A DNA stretch of 64,000 nt from Balanoglossus misakiensis (lineage: Eukaryota > Animalia > Hemichordata), in assembly GCA_040954595.2 (NCBI GenBank), contig CM082589.2:329323-393322 (forward strand). The letters are read 5' to 3'. Below the pieces are notes generated by a model. That model made no database searches and was not told where the DNA came from. It saw nothing but the letters and a program-made list of their open reading frames with translations. A program made the translations under genes and the position numbers. Below are positions 43,601 to 53,500 of the stretch, in pieces. Numbering within the stretch: the first letter of the stretch is position 1; every line of letters starts with the position of its first letter.

Positions 43601-45728
43601 AACGTTCATGCAGTTTTCTTGTTTAATGTGTTTTGCTATGTTATGTTTTGTTTTGTGTTTAATTACAGAAAGACCATGGGAGTAGTTTTGCATCATTTTT
43701 CCAACCGTTTGAAACTGAGTTATGGCTGCTGATTGGTTTAGCAGTTCACATTGTGGCTTTGATTCTTTACGTCCTGGATCGCTTCAGTCCGTTCGGTCGT
43801 TTCAAAACATCTCAAAGTAATGAAGACCAAGATGCTCTCACATTGTCATCAGCTATGTGGTTTTCATGGGGTGTTTTACTTAACAGTGGTATGGGAGAGG
43901 GTAAGTTACTTGTCAGGACTGTGTTTCTGTAATGCTCAGGTTTTTGTTTTAAACAATAGCAGGTTGTTACTGATTGCATGGTCTGTGCTCACATGACCCT
44001 TATCATGCAGCATTTATTCTGAATTTACGGCCAAAATATTTCCTACATTTAACTGCAGTCTTTACAAAGTCCTCCACACTTTAATCAGTTTTTGGTCTTT
44101 CTAATTTTCTTCAGGAACACCACGGAGTCTGAGTGCGCGAGTGCTTGGTATGGTATGGGCTGGATTTGCAATGATTATGGTGGCGTCCTATACAGCTAAC
44201 TTAGCAGCATTCTTAGTTTTAGATCGCCCTGAGTCCAGTATCACAGGAATTAATGACCCTAGGGTTTGTATTCGTATCATTCTGTTTTAATTTCCGAAAA
44301 TTCAAACATCACAAATTCACTTTCAATCAAAATGAATCTCCATCATGGTTCAAGCTAATGTGACTTTTTATGTATACATTGCAGCTAAGAAACCCGTCTG
44401 ACTCATTTCGATATGCAACAGTGAGTGGTAGTTCTGTGGAACAGTACTTCAGGCGTCAAGTAGAATTATCAACAATGTATCAATTTATGGATAAATATAA
44501 TTACAATAATGTGGAAGATGCTATAATTGCACTTAGACAAAAGTAAGTAAATAGTTGTTTTAATTTCCTGTATTATTATTCCTCTTGGGGCTGTGGTTTG
44601 GGAGAAGGAAGTTATCTTGTATGTTCTAACAACTAATTTTTATCTGATCCTCAATTCGCAGCCATTTAGATGCTTTTATTTGGGATTCGGCAGTGTTAGA
44701 CTATGAAGCTTCCAGTGATTGTACTCTAGTGACAGTTGGTGAACTTTTTGGAAGATGTGGCTTTGGTCTTGGACTCAAAAAGGGAAGCCCATGGACAGAA
44801 AAAGTGTCGCTTCAAATTTTAAGTTTTCATGAAAGTGGAGTGATGGAAGGATTAGACTCTGAGTGGATCAGTTACAAACATTGTAAATTAAGTGACAATC
44901 AACCGGCTACACTTGGACTGTCAAACATGGCGGGTAAGTCATTGCATCTACCTTTTGCCATAGTTAGCAAAGACCAAAAAGATTGCATGTACATTTAATC
45001 CCAGCTTCCCGTATTTGCATGTTGAGACTTCAATCACTGAAAACGAAATAGTTCTATCAGAATGTCATGTCATGCACTTGAATATATTTCCTTGTAGGTG
45101 TTTTTATTCTTGTTGCTGGTGGCATCGTCATGGGTGTACCACTTATCTTTGTTGAAATTTTCTACAAACATCACATGGAGACAAAAGAAAAGCAGATGGA
45201 ATTAGCGAGAATGGCAGCTCAGAGATGGAGAGGTACAGTCCAGGTATGTCAATATGTTCATCATTTGTAGTGCCTGTTTCATCTACCACCAGATAGTCTT
45301 CCAGATGACCAAAGCAATGGAGCTTCAGATATATGTATTTGGTAGTCCTTGAAATTTCTGAAAAGCTCTAAGGCTTAGAATTGTGTGAACTCTGAGAACA
45401 TGGGGTTTTTATATTATTGAGTTTATTTATTTCCCTAGTAAAAAGTGATCTTTGTTTAACTTTTATATTGCAGAGACGAAGAACAATAAGACAAACACTT
45501 TTGAATCGAGCACAGCAAGCAAGGTCCAATACAAGATCCAATACAGTGTCTTCATCATTACCATCCAATGTTGCTGAGGCCAAGGAAGCCGAAATCAAAA
45601 CAATCTCACATACACAACAAGCAGAGCCAATGCAACCAGTGGAGTCACCTCTCCTGCATTCCAGACAGTCAAGTCTTAAAAGAAATCATCTCTCAGGACA
45701 TCTTGAAATCTTAGAACATACCGTTTAG
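25493..45728 (+). CDS. GRIN1: NMDA-type ionotropic glutamate receptor subunit GluN1, 5'-partial spliced gene (14 coding exons, 820 aa visible)
   Basis: Joined exons give GluN1 hallmarks: [104 protein letters not shown]. All introns are GT-AG with compatible phases. Confidence 0.97.
25861..25955. repeat. 95-bp imperfect palindrome (foldback MITE-like) in a GluN1 intron
   Basis: gctatagcacccgtctatttccc...gagttaccagaat | attctggaaactc...gggaaataaacaggtgctatagc, centred on GAATATTC. Confidence 0.85.
26237..26337 (+). CDS. GRIN1: GluN1 exon (ATD): [33 protein letters not shown](S)
   Basis: Acceptor ttacag, donor gtattg, 101 nt, phase 0/2. Aligns to human AEKVLQFDPGTKNVTALL...ARVIILSAS. Not in the ORF track. 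Confidence 0.9.
26640..26655 (+). repeat. G16 homopolymer
   Basis: 16 consecutive G about 300 nt downstream of the donor at 26338. Confidence 0.9.
34365..34378. promoter_or_regulatory. RFX X-box-like palindrome GTTTCCATGGTAAC
   Basis: Exact match to the GTTNCCATGGNAAC consensus, inside the 14-kb intron. Confidence 0.4.
40191..40283. mobile_element. 93-bp TTAA-flanked MITE (piggyBac-type ends), copy 1
   Basis: TTAA-CCCTTTCACC ... GGTAAAAGGG-TTAA, with an internal inverted repeat gtccaaacccat/atggttggac. A second copy of the same length lies at 42695. Confidence 0.8.
40450..40571 (+). CDS. GRIN1: GluN1 exon (ATD): [40 protein letters not shown]
   Basis: Acceptor ttacag, donor gtaaag, 122 nt. 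Matches human [25 protein letters not shown]...APD. Confidence 0.94.
41462..41633 (+). CDS. GRIN1: GluN1 exon (ATD): [20 protein letters not shown]...FWKSGPVFH
   Basis: Acceptor cttttag, donor gtaagc, 172 nt. Matches [20 protein letters not shown]...WKTGPLFK. Confidence 0.93.
41979..42219 (+). CDS. GRIN1: GluN1 exon (ATD end/linker): [23 protein letters not shown]...[21 protein letters not shown]
   Basis: Acceptor tcttag, donor gtatgg, 241 nt. Contains G.TGR..F...GDR and WPGG motifs. Confidence 0.93.
42560..42674 (+). CDS. GRIN1: GluN1 exon (S1 start, loop 1): [38 protein letters not shown]
   Basis: Acceptor tttcag, donor gtgagt, 115 nt. Contains the PFV motif and two loop-1 cysteines. Confidence 0.9.
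42695..42787. mobile_element. 93-bp TTAA-flanked MITE, copy 2
   Basis: TTAA-CCCTTTCACT ... ATGAAAGGT-TTAA. Aligns without gaps to 40191-40283 (shared atggtt, gttggacct, ggaa.tgggg). Confidence 0.78.
42874..43016 (+). CDS. GRIN1: GluN1 exon (S1): [35 protein letters not shown]...QNG
   Basis: Acceptor ttttcag, donor gtaagt, 143 nt. Contains the CC.GFCIDLL motif. Confidence 0.95.
43221..43385 (+). CDS. GRIN1: GluN1 exon (S1): [16 protein letters not shown]...[30 protein letters not shown]
   Basis: Acceptor ttacag, donor gtaagt, 165 nt. Nearly identical to vertebrate GluN1. Confidence 0.97.
43669..43900 (+). CDS. GRIN1: GluN1 exon (pre-M1, M1, M2 pore loop with N site at 43882-43884)
   Basis: Acceptor ttacag, donor gtaagt, 232 nt. 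Reads FFQPF...[11 protein letters not shown]...[21 protein letters not shown]. Confidence 0.97.
44115..44263 (+). CDS. GRIN1: GluN1 exon (M3, SYTANLAAF gate)
   Basis: Acceptor cttcag, donor gtttgt, 149 nt. Reads [49 protein letters not shown]. Confidence 0.97.
44385..44542 (+). CDS. GRIN1: GluN1 exon (S2): [35 protein letters not shown]...ALRQ
   Basis: Acceptor ttgcag, donor gtaagt, 158 nt. Confidence 0.96.
44662..44933 (+). CDS. GRIN1: GluN1 exon (S2): [17 protein letters not shown]...[10 protein letters not shown]
   Basis: Acceptor tcgcag, donor gtaagt, 272 nt. Has the WDS motif and both cysteines equivalent to the C744/C798 pair. Confidence 0.96.
45098..45243 (+). CDS. GRIN1: GluN1 exon (M4 and C0): [24 protein letters not shown]...[17 protein letters not shown]
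   Basis: Acceptor ttgtag, donor gtatgt, 146 nt. Confidence 0.95.
45474..45728 (+). CDS. GRIN1: GluN1 terminal coding exon (C-tail): [10 protein letters not shown]...LEILEHTV*
   Basis: Acceptor ttgcag, phase 0, open to TAG at 45726-45728. WRGTVQ-RRRTIR resembles the invertebrate Nmdar1 post-C0 sequence (Drosophila WRGTIEKRKTIR, from memory). Confidence 0.82.
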   Translation, partial: RRRTIRQTLLNRAQQARSNTRSNTVSSSLPSNVAEAKEAEIKTISHTQQAEPMQPVESPLLHSRQSSLKRNHLSGHLEILEHTV

Positions 45729-46830
45729 AAAGACTTGTCTCTGTTTGTGTGTAACATGATGGCAGCCTTACAGATGCATTTCGGAATAGTTTTGAAAATT
45801 GAAATGATGCCGAAATATCATGTACAGAGAAATTCAGCCAAGGGGATGTTGATGCAATAGCAGATAATGTTGCATCTAAGGTACAGGACATACCCTGCCT
45901 ACAAAGGGCACTTTTGTGGGATATAAAATAACATACCAACTCTTGTAAGTTGGGTGGAACCATTTGCTGCACAACTTTGTTAACAATAAGCAGTGGAAGA
46001 CGGACTGATTAGTTTCTGTCATAGGATATGCTTGTCAGTCAGCTAGAAATATCAGGTGTGTTATTCAAGGATAATGCAAAAAACAATGAAAAGACAATTT
46101 TCCATCTAGATAAGGCTTTCATAGTCTGTTGGTGTTCTCTTTTTCAAGACCATGATTAGGTATACTTGTTCTATAGGCAACAAAACCACAGTTGACTGAT
46201 CTGGACAGGAAGAAAATAGTGCATGGAAAAATACAGGGTATTTAAGATATTAGACAGTGGAAATTTAAATGAAAATGAATATTATTTCAAGATGGATATC
46301 ATCAAAAAGTTCTCAGTACCTTGAACAACTGTTTACTATACAAACTGAGTTGCTATAATTAAATTACATCATGAGTAAAATGGCCAACTCACTATTCTGA
46401 CAGTTTAGAGAGGTAGCTGATATAATAGTAATATCTCTTGATCTGTTTTGCAAGAAGTTCTGTATTGGTAGAGCTTTTGCAATTGTGTGTTTGCTTGTAC
46501 AAAGTTTCAGTAATTGAGTTGAGATTTGAAATGCTACAATGTTTGCTAAGAACAATAATTTTTGTAATCAGTGATAATGCAAAGTTTGTGTTCTTTATTA
46601 ATTGAACAGATGGAGATTATTTTGTGTGAATACCAATGCAAAACAAGGCACCTGATATCTGTACAAGAGGTATAAATATTTTCAAATGATGACTATGTAC
46701 TCTGCCATTTTACTAAGGGAGCCAGAATTCCATATAGTTAACACTGGGAAGCATTATTTTAAACTATCTGGAAAGTTTAGTGATTTATTTTTGCTACTAC
46801 TAGTCTATACACAAGTGATGTCTTTAAAGC

Positions 46831-46836
46831 AATAAA
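46831..46836 (+). terminator. Candidate proximal poly(A) signal AATAAA
   Basis: AATAAA hexamer downstream of the stop codon. Confidence 0.35.
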
Positions 46837-47276
46837 ATTGAGAATGAGTATGTATTGACCGAGATTTAAATTACCTCAGAATTCTTTGAAAAATGTTCAT
46901 GACGTACAGCGTGTTGGATTTTCAGCACATTGATTTTTCTAAAGCAATTCTATTACAACTAGTGTAACATGCTTTTTTTTAAATTTGTGAATGTATAAGA
47001 TGTTTTGATAGGGATACATCAGGAACAGTCAGTTAACAATCTAAAATATGGTAAACATTTAGTAACCTTAAAATGTAACGATAAAAAGTACAAGTGCTGT
47101 GCAAAAAAAGACCTTCAGATGAGTCAGTTTTCATTCCTCTTCAACTCAAATCTTCATATAAGAGAACTCTCTTACCTTTTGTCTGTTGCATCTCAAGAAT
47201 AGTATATTGTATTTGATTTTCATTGGAGTTTTCTTTGTGTGACATGCATAATTAAGCTTAATTTGCATTAAAAATG

Positions 47277-47282
47277 AATAAA
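47277..47282 (+). terminator. Candidate distal poly(A) signal AATAAA
   Basis: The hexamer is followed by CA dinucleotides 14-23 nt downstream and a U/GU-rich tract (tttgtcattttttg). Confidence 0.55.
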
Positions 47283-47392
47283 GTTGCTCACTTTTACATT
47301 AGTTTCACTGGAATTTGTCATTTTTTGAGCATGTGTAATTAATAGGCCATGTGTAGGCTATGTCATGTCTCTGGACCAAAAAATGTCAGTCA

Positions 47393-47541
47393 GCACCACG
47401 GTCGACTGAGCGAATTTTCGACATTTCTTCATTTTTTGAAAAAATCATGGGTTATTTAAAATGTATGAAAATGAAAGCGCAGGGTTCTGGGTTTTGTAAA
47501 AATCATGAAGATTAGAAACACGCTCTTGCTGACCGTGGTGC
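47393..47541. repeat. Satellite junction with an 11-bp inverted repeat and an inverted monomer fragment
   Basis: GCACCACGGTC (47393-47403) pairs with GACCGTGGTGC (47531-47541). 47430-47455 CATTTTTTGAAAAAATCATGGGTTAT is the exact reverse complement of 26 bp of the monomer. Confidence 0.85.
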
Positions 47542-47560
47542 AGTTTTCGTGGTAGCCAAA

Positions 47561-50500
47561 GATTTTTTTCAAAAAAAAGTAATTTCAAAGTCGAAAAATC
47601 GTCGACTTTTGAAGATTTTCATGAGCTATAACCCATGATTTTTTTCAAAAAATGACCAAATTTTAAAAATTCGCAAAGTCGAAAAATCGTTGATTTTTGA
47701 AGATTTTCATGAGCTATAACCCACGATTTTTTTTCAAAAAATGACCAAATTTTGAAAATTCGCAGTCGAAAAATCGTCGATTTTTAAGTTTTTCAAAAAA
47801 TGACCAAATTTCGAAAGTTCGCAAAGTCGAAAAATCCTCGATTTTTGACGATTTTCCTGAGCTATAACCCATGATTTTTTCAAAAAATGACCAAATTTCG
47901 AAAGTTCGCGAAGTCGAAAAATCCTCGATTTTTGACGATTTTCCTGAGCTATAACCCATGATTTTTTCAAAAAATGACCAAATTTCGAAAGTTCGCGAAG
48001 TCGAAAAATCCTCGATTTTTGACGATTTTCCTGAGCTATAACCCATGATTTTTTCAAAAAATGACCAAATTTCGAAAGTTCGCGAAGTCGAAAAATCCTC
48101 GATTTTTGACGATTTTCCTGAGCTATAACCCATGATTTTTTCAAAAAATGACCAAATTTCGAAAGTTCGCGAAGTCGAAAAATCCTCGATTTTTGACGAT
48201 TTTCCTGAGCTATAACCCATGATTTTTTCAAAAAATGACCAAATTTCGAAAGTTCGCAAAGTCGAAAAATCCTCGATTTTTGACGATTTTCCTGAGCTAT
48301 AACCCATGATTTTTTCAAAAAATGACCAAATTTCGAAAGTTCGCAAAGTCGAAAAATCCTCGATTTTTGACGATTTTCCTGAGCTATAACCCATGATTTT
48401 TTCAAAAAATGACCAAATTTCGAAAGTTCGCAAAGTCGAAAAATCCTCGATTTTTGACGATTTTCCTGAGCTATAACCCATGATATTTTCAAAAAATGAC
48501 CAAATTTCGAAAGTTCGCAAAGTCGAAAAATCCTCGATTTTTGACGATTTTCCTGAGCTATAACCCATGATATTTTCAAAAAATGACCAAATTTCGAAAG
48601 TTCGCAAAGTCGAAAAATCCTCGATTTTTGACGATTTTCCTGAGCTATAACCCATGATATTTTCAAAAAATGACCAAATTTCGAAAGTTCGCAAAGTCGA
48701 AAAATCCTCGATTTTTGACGATTTTCCTGAGCTATAACCCATGATTTTTTCAAAAAATGACCAAATTTCGAAAGTTCGCAAAGTCGAAAAATCCTCGATT
48801 TTTGACGATTTTCCTGAGCTATAACCCATGATTTTTTCAAAAAATGACCAAATTTCGAAAGTTCGCAAAGTCGAAAAATCCTCGATTTTTGACGATTTTC
48901 CTGAGCTATAACCCATGATTTTTTCAAAAAATGACCAAATTTCGAAAGTTCGCAAAGTCGAAAAATCCTCGATTTTTGACGATTTTCCTGAGCTATAACC
49001 CATGATTTTTTCAAAAAATGACCAAATTTCGAAAGTTCGCAAAGTCGAAAAATCCTCGATTTTTGACGATTTTCCTGAGCTATAACCCATGATTTTTTCA
49101 AAAAATGACCAAATTTCGAAAGTTCGCAAAGTCGAAAAATCCTCGATTTTTGACGATTTTCCTGAGCTATAACCCATGATTTTTTCAAAAAATGACCAAA
49201 TTTCGAAAGTTCGCAAAGTCGAAAAATCCTCGATTTTTGACGATTTTCCTGAGCTATAACCCATGATTTTTTCAAAAAATGACCAAATTTCGAAAGTTCG
49301 CAAAGTCGAAAAATCCTCGATTTTTGACGATTTTCCTGAGCTATAACCCATGATTTTTTCAAAAAATGACCAAATTTCGAAAGTTCGCAAAGTCGAAAAA
49401 TCCTCGATTTTTGACGATTTTCCTGAGCTATAACCCATGATTTTTTCAAAAAATGACCAAATTTCGAAAGTTCGCAAAGTCGAAAAATCCTCGATTTTTG
49501 ACGATTTTCCTGAGCTATAACCCATGATTTTTTCAAAAAATGACCAAATTTCGAAAGTTCGCAAAGTCGAAAAATCCTCGATTTTTGACGATTTTCCAGA
49601 GCTATAACCCATGATTTTTTCAAAAAATGACCAAATTTCGAAAGTTCGCAAAGTCGAAAAATCCTCGATTTTTGACGATTTTCCTGAGCTATAACCCATG
49701 ATTTTTTCAAAAAATGACCAAATTTCGAAAGTTCGCAAAGTCGAAAAATCCTCGATTTTTGACGATTTTCCTGAGCTATAACCCATGATTTTTTCAAAAA
49801 ATGACCAAATTTCGAAAGTTCGCAAAGTCGAAAAATCCTCGATTTTTGACGAATTTCCTGAGCTATAACCCATGATTTTTTCAAAAAATGACCAAATTTC
49901 GAAAGTTCGCAAAGTCGAAAAATCCTCGATTTTTGACGATTTTCCTGAGCTATAACCCATGATTTTTTCAAAAAATGACCAAATTTCGAAAGTTCGCAAA
50001 GTCGAAAAATCCTCGATTTTTGACGATTTTCCTGAGCTATAACCCATGATTTTTTCAAAAAATGACCAAATTTCGAAAGTTCGCAAAGTCGAAAAATCCT
50101 CGATTTTTGACGATTTTCCTGAGCTATAACCCATGATTTTTTCAAAAAATGACCAAATTTCGAAAGTTCGCAAAGTCGAAAAATCCTCGATTTTTGACGA
50201 TTTTCCTGAGCTATAACCCATGATTTTTTCAAAAAATGACCAAATTTCGAAAGTTCGCAAAGTCGAAAAATCCTCGATTTTTGACGATTTTCCTGAGCTA
50301 TAACCCATGATTTTTTCAAAAAATGACCAAATTTCGAAAGTTCGCAAAGTCGAAAAATCCTCGATTTTTGACGATTTTCCTGAGCTATAACCCATGATTT
50401 TTTCAAAAAATGACCAAATTTCGAAAGTTCGCAAAGTCGAAAAATCCTCGATTTTTGACGATTTTCCTGAGCTATAACCCATGATTTTTTCAAAAAATGA

Positions 50501-53500
50501 CCAAATTTCGAAAGTTCGCAAAGTCGAAAAATCCTCGATTTTTGACGATTTTCCTGAGCTATAACCCATGATTTTTTCAAAAAATGACCAAATTTCGAAA
50601 GTTCGCAAAGTCGAAAAATCCTCGATTTTTGACGATTTTCCTGAGCTATAACCCATGATTTTTTCAAAAAATGACCAAATTTCGAAAGTTCGCAAAGTCG
50701 AAAAATCCTCGATTTTTGACGATTTTCCTGAGCTATAACCCATGATTTTTTCAAAAAATGACCAAATTTCGAAAGTTCGCAAAGTCGAAAAATCCTCGAT
50801 TTTTGACGATTTTCCTGAGCTATAACCCATGATTTTTTCAAAAAATGACCAAATTTCGAAAGTTCGCAAAGTCGAAAAATCCTCGATTTTTGACGATTTT
50901 CCTGAGCTATAACCCATGATTTTTTCAAAAAATGACCAAATTTCGAAAGTTCGCAAAGTCGAAAAATCCTCGATTTTTGACGATTTTCCTGAGCTATAAC
51001 CCATGATTTTTTCAAAAAATGACCAAATTTCGAAAGTTCGCAAAGTCGAAAAATCCTCGATTTTTGACGAATTTCCTGAGCTATAACCCATGATTTTTTC
51101 AAAAAATGACCAAATTTCGAAAGTTCGCAAAGTCGAAAAATCCTCGATTTTTGACGATTTTCCTGAGCTATAACCCATGATTTTTTCAAAAAATGACCAA
51201 ATTTCGAAAGTTCGCAAAGTCGAAAAATCCTCGATTTTTGACGATTTTCCAGAGCTATAACCCATGATTTTTTCAAAAAATGACCAAATTTCGAAAGTTC
51301 GCAAAGTCGAAAAATCCTCGATTTTTGACGATTTTCCTGAGCTATAACCCATGATTTTTTCAAAAAATGACCAAATTTCGAAAGTTCGCAAAGTCGAAAA
51401 ATCCTCGATTTTTGACGATTTTCCTGAGCTATAACCCATGATTTTTTCAAAAAATGACCAAATTTCGAAAGTTCGCAAAGTCGAAAAATCCTCGATTTTT
51501 GACGATTTTCCTGAGCTATAACCCATGATTTTTTCAAAAAATGACCAAATTTCGAAAGTTCGCAAAGTCGAAAAATCCTCGATTTTTGACGATTTTCCTG
51601 AGCTATAACCCATGATTTTTTCAAAAAATGACCAAATTTCGAAAGTTCGCAAAGTCGAAAAATCCTCGATTTTTGACGATTTTCCTGAGCTATAACCCAT
51701 GATTTTTTCAAAAAATGACCAAATTTCGAAAGTTCGCAAAGTCGAAAAATCCTCGATTTTTGACGATTTTCCTGAGCTATAACCCATGATTTTTTCAAAA
51801 AATGACCAAATTTCGAAAGTTCGCAAAGTCGAAAAATCCTCGATTTTTGACGATTTTCCTGAGCTATAACCCATGATTTTTTCAAAAAATGACCAAATTT
51901 CGAAAGTTCGCAAAGTCGAAAAATCCTCGATTTTTGACGATTTTCCTGAGCTATAACCCATGATTTTTTCAAAAAATGACCAAATTTCGAAAGTTCGCAA
52001 AGTCGAAAAATCCTCGATTTTTGACGATTTTCCTGAGCTATAACCCATGATTTTTTCAAAAAATGACCAAATTTCGAAAGTTCGCAAAGTCGAAAAATCC
52101 TCGATTTTTGACGATTTTCCTGAGCTATAACCCATGATTTTTTCAAAAAATGACCAAATTTCGAAAGTTCGCAAAGTCGAAAAATCCTCGATTTTTGACG
52201 ATTTTCCTGAGCTATAACCCATGATTTTTTCAAAAAATGACCAAATTTCGAAAGTTCGCAAAGTCGAAAAATCCTCGATTTTTGACGATTTTCCTGAGCT
52301 ATAACCCATGATTTTTTCAAAAAATGACCAAATTTCGAAAGTTCGCAAAGTCGAAAAATCCTCGATTTTTGACGATTTTCCTGAGCTATAACCCATGATT
52401 TTTTCAAAAAATGACCAAATTTCGAAAGTTCGCAAAGTCGAAAAATCCTCGATTTTTGACGATTTTCCTGAGCTATAACCCATGATTTTTTCAAAAAATG
52501 ACCAAATTTCGAAAGTTCGCAAAGTCGAAAAATCCTCGATTTTTGACGATTTTCCTGAGCTATAACCCATGATTTTTTCAAAAAATGACCAAATTTCGAA
52601 AGTTCGCAAAGTCGAAAAATCCTCGATTTTTGACGATTTTCCTGAGCTATAACCCATGATTTTTTCAAAAAATGACCAAATTTCGAAAGTTCGCAAAGTC
52701 GAAAAATCCTCGATTTTTGACGATTTTCCTGAGCTATAACCCATGATTTTTTCAAAAAATGACCAAATTTCGAAAGTTCGCAAAGTCGAAAAATCCTCGA
52801 TTTTTGACGATTTTCCTGAGCTATAACCCATGATTTTTTCAAAAAATGACCAAATTTCGAAAGTTCGCAAAGTCGAAAAATCCTCGATTTTTGACGATTT
52901 TCCTGAGCTATAACCCATGATTTTTTCAAAAAATGACCAAATTTCGAAAGTTCGCAAAGTCGAAAAATCCTCGATTTTTGACGATTTTCCTGAGCTATAA
53001 CCCATGATTTTTTCAAAAAAATGACCAAATTTCGAAAGTTCGCAAAGTCGAAAAATCCTCGATTTTTGACGATTTTCCTGAGCTATAACCCATGATTTTT
53101 TCAAAAAAATGACCAAATTTCGAAAGTTCGCAAAGTCGAAAAATCCTCGATTTTTGACGATTTTCCTGAGCTATAACCCATGATTTTTTCAAAAAATGAC
53201 CAAATTTCGAAAGTTCGCAAAGTCGAAAAATCCTCGATTTTTGACGATTTTCCTGAGCTATAACCCATGATTTTTTCAAAAAATGACCAAATTTCGAAAG
53301 TTCGCGAAGTCGAAAAATCCTCGATTTTTGACGATTTTCCTGAGCTATAACCCATGATTTTTTCAAAAAATGACCAAATTTCAAAAGTTCGCGAAGTCGA
53401 AAAATCCTCGATTTTTGACGATTTTCCTGAGCTATAACCCATGATTTTTTCAAAAAATGACCAAATTTCGAAAGTTCGCGAAGTCGAAAAATCCTCGATT

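Larger units (their letters stand above)
45729..47305 (+). other. Putative GluN1 3' UTR (~1.1 or ~1.6 kb)
   Basis: AT-rich non-coding sequence between the stop codon and the AATAAA signals. The end point is approximate. Confidence 0.5.

Noticed and set aside
45714-45728. C-terminal PDZ ligand (EHTV)
   Set aside because: It ends in Val, but position -2 is His and not Ser/Thr, so it is not a canonical class I motif like the vertebrate C2' STVV.
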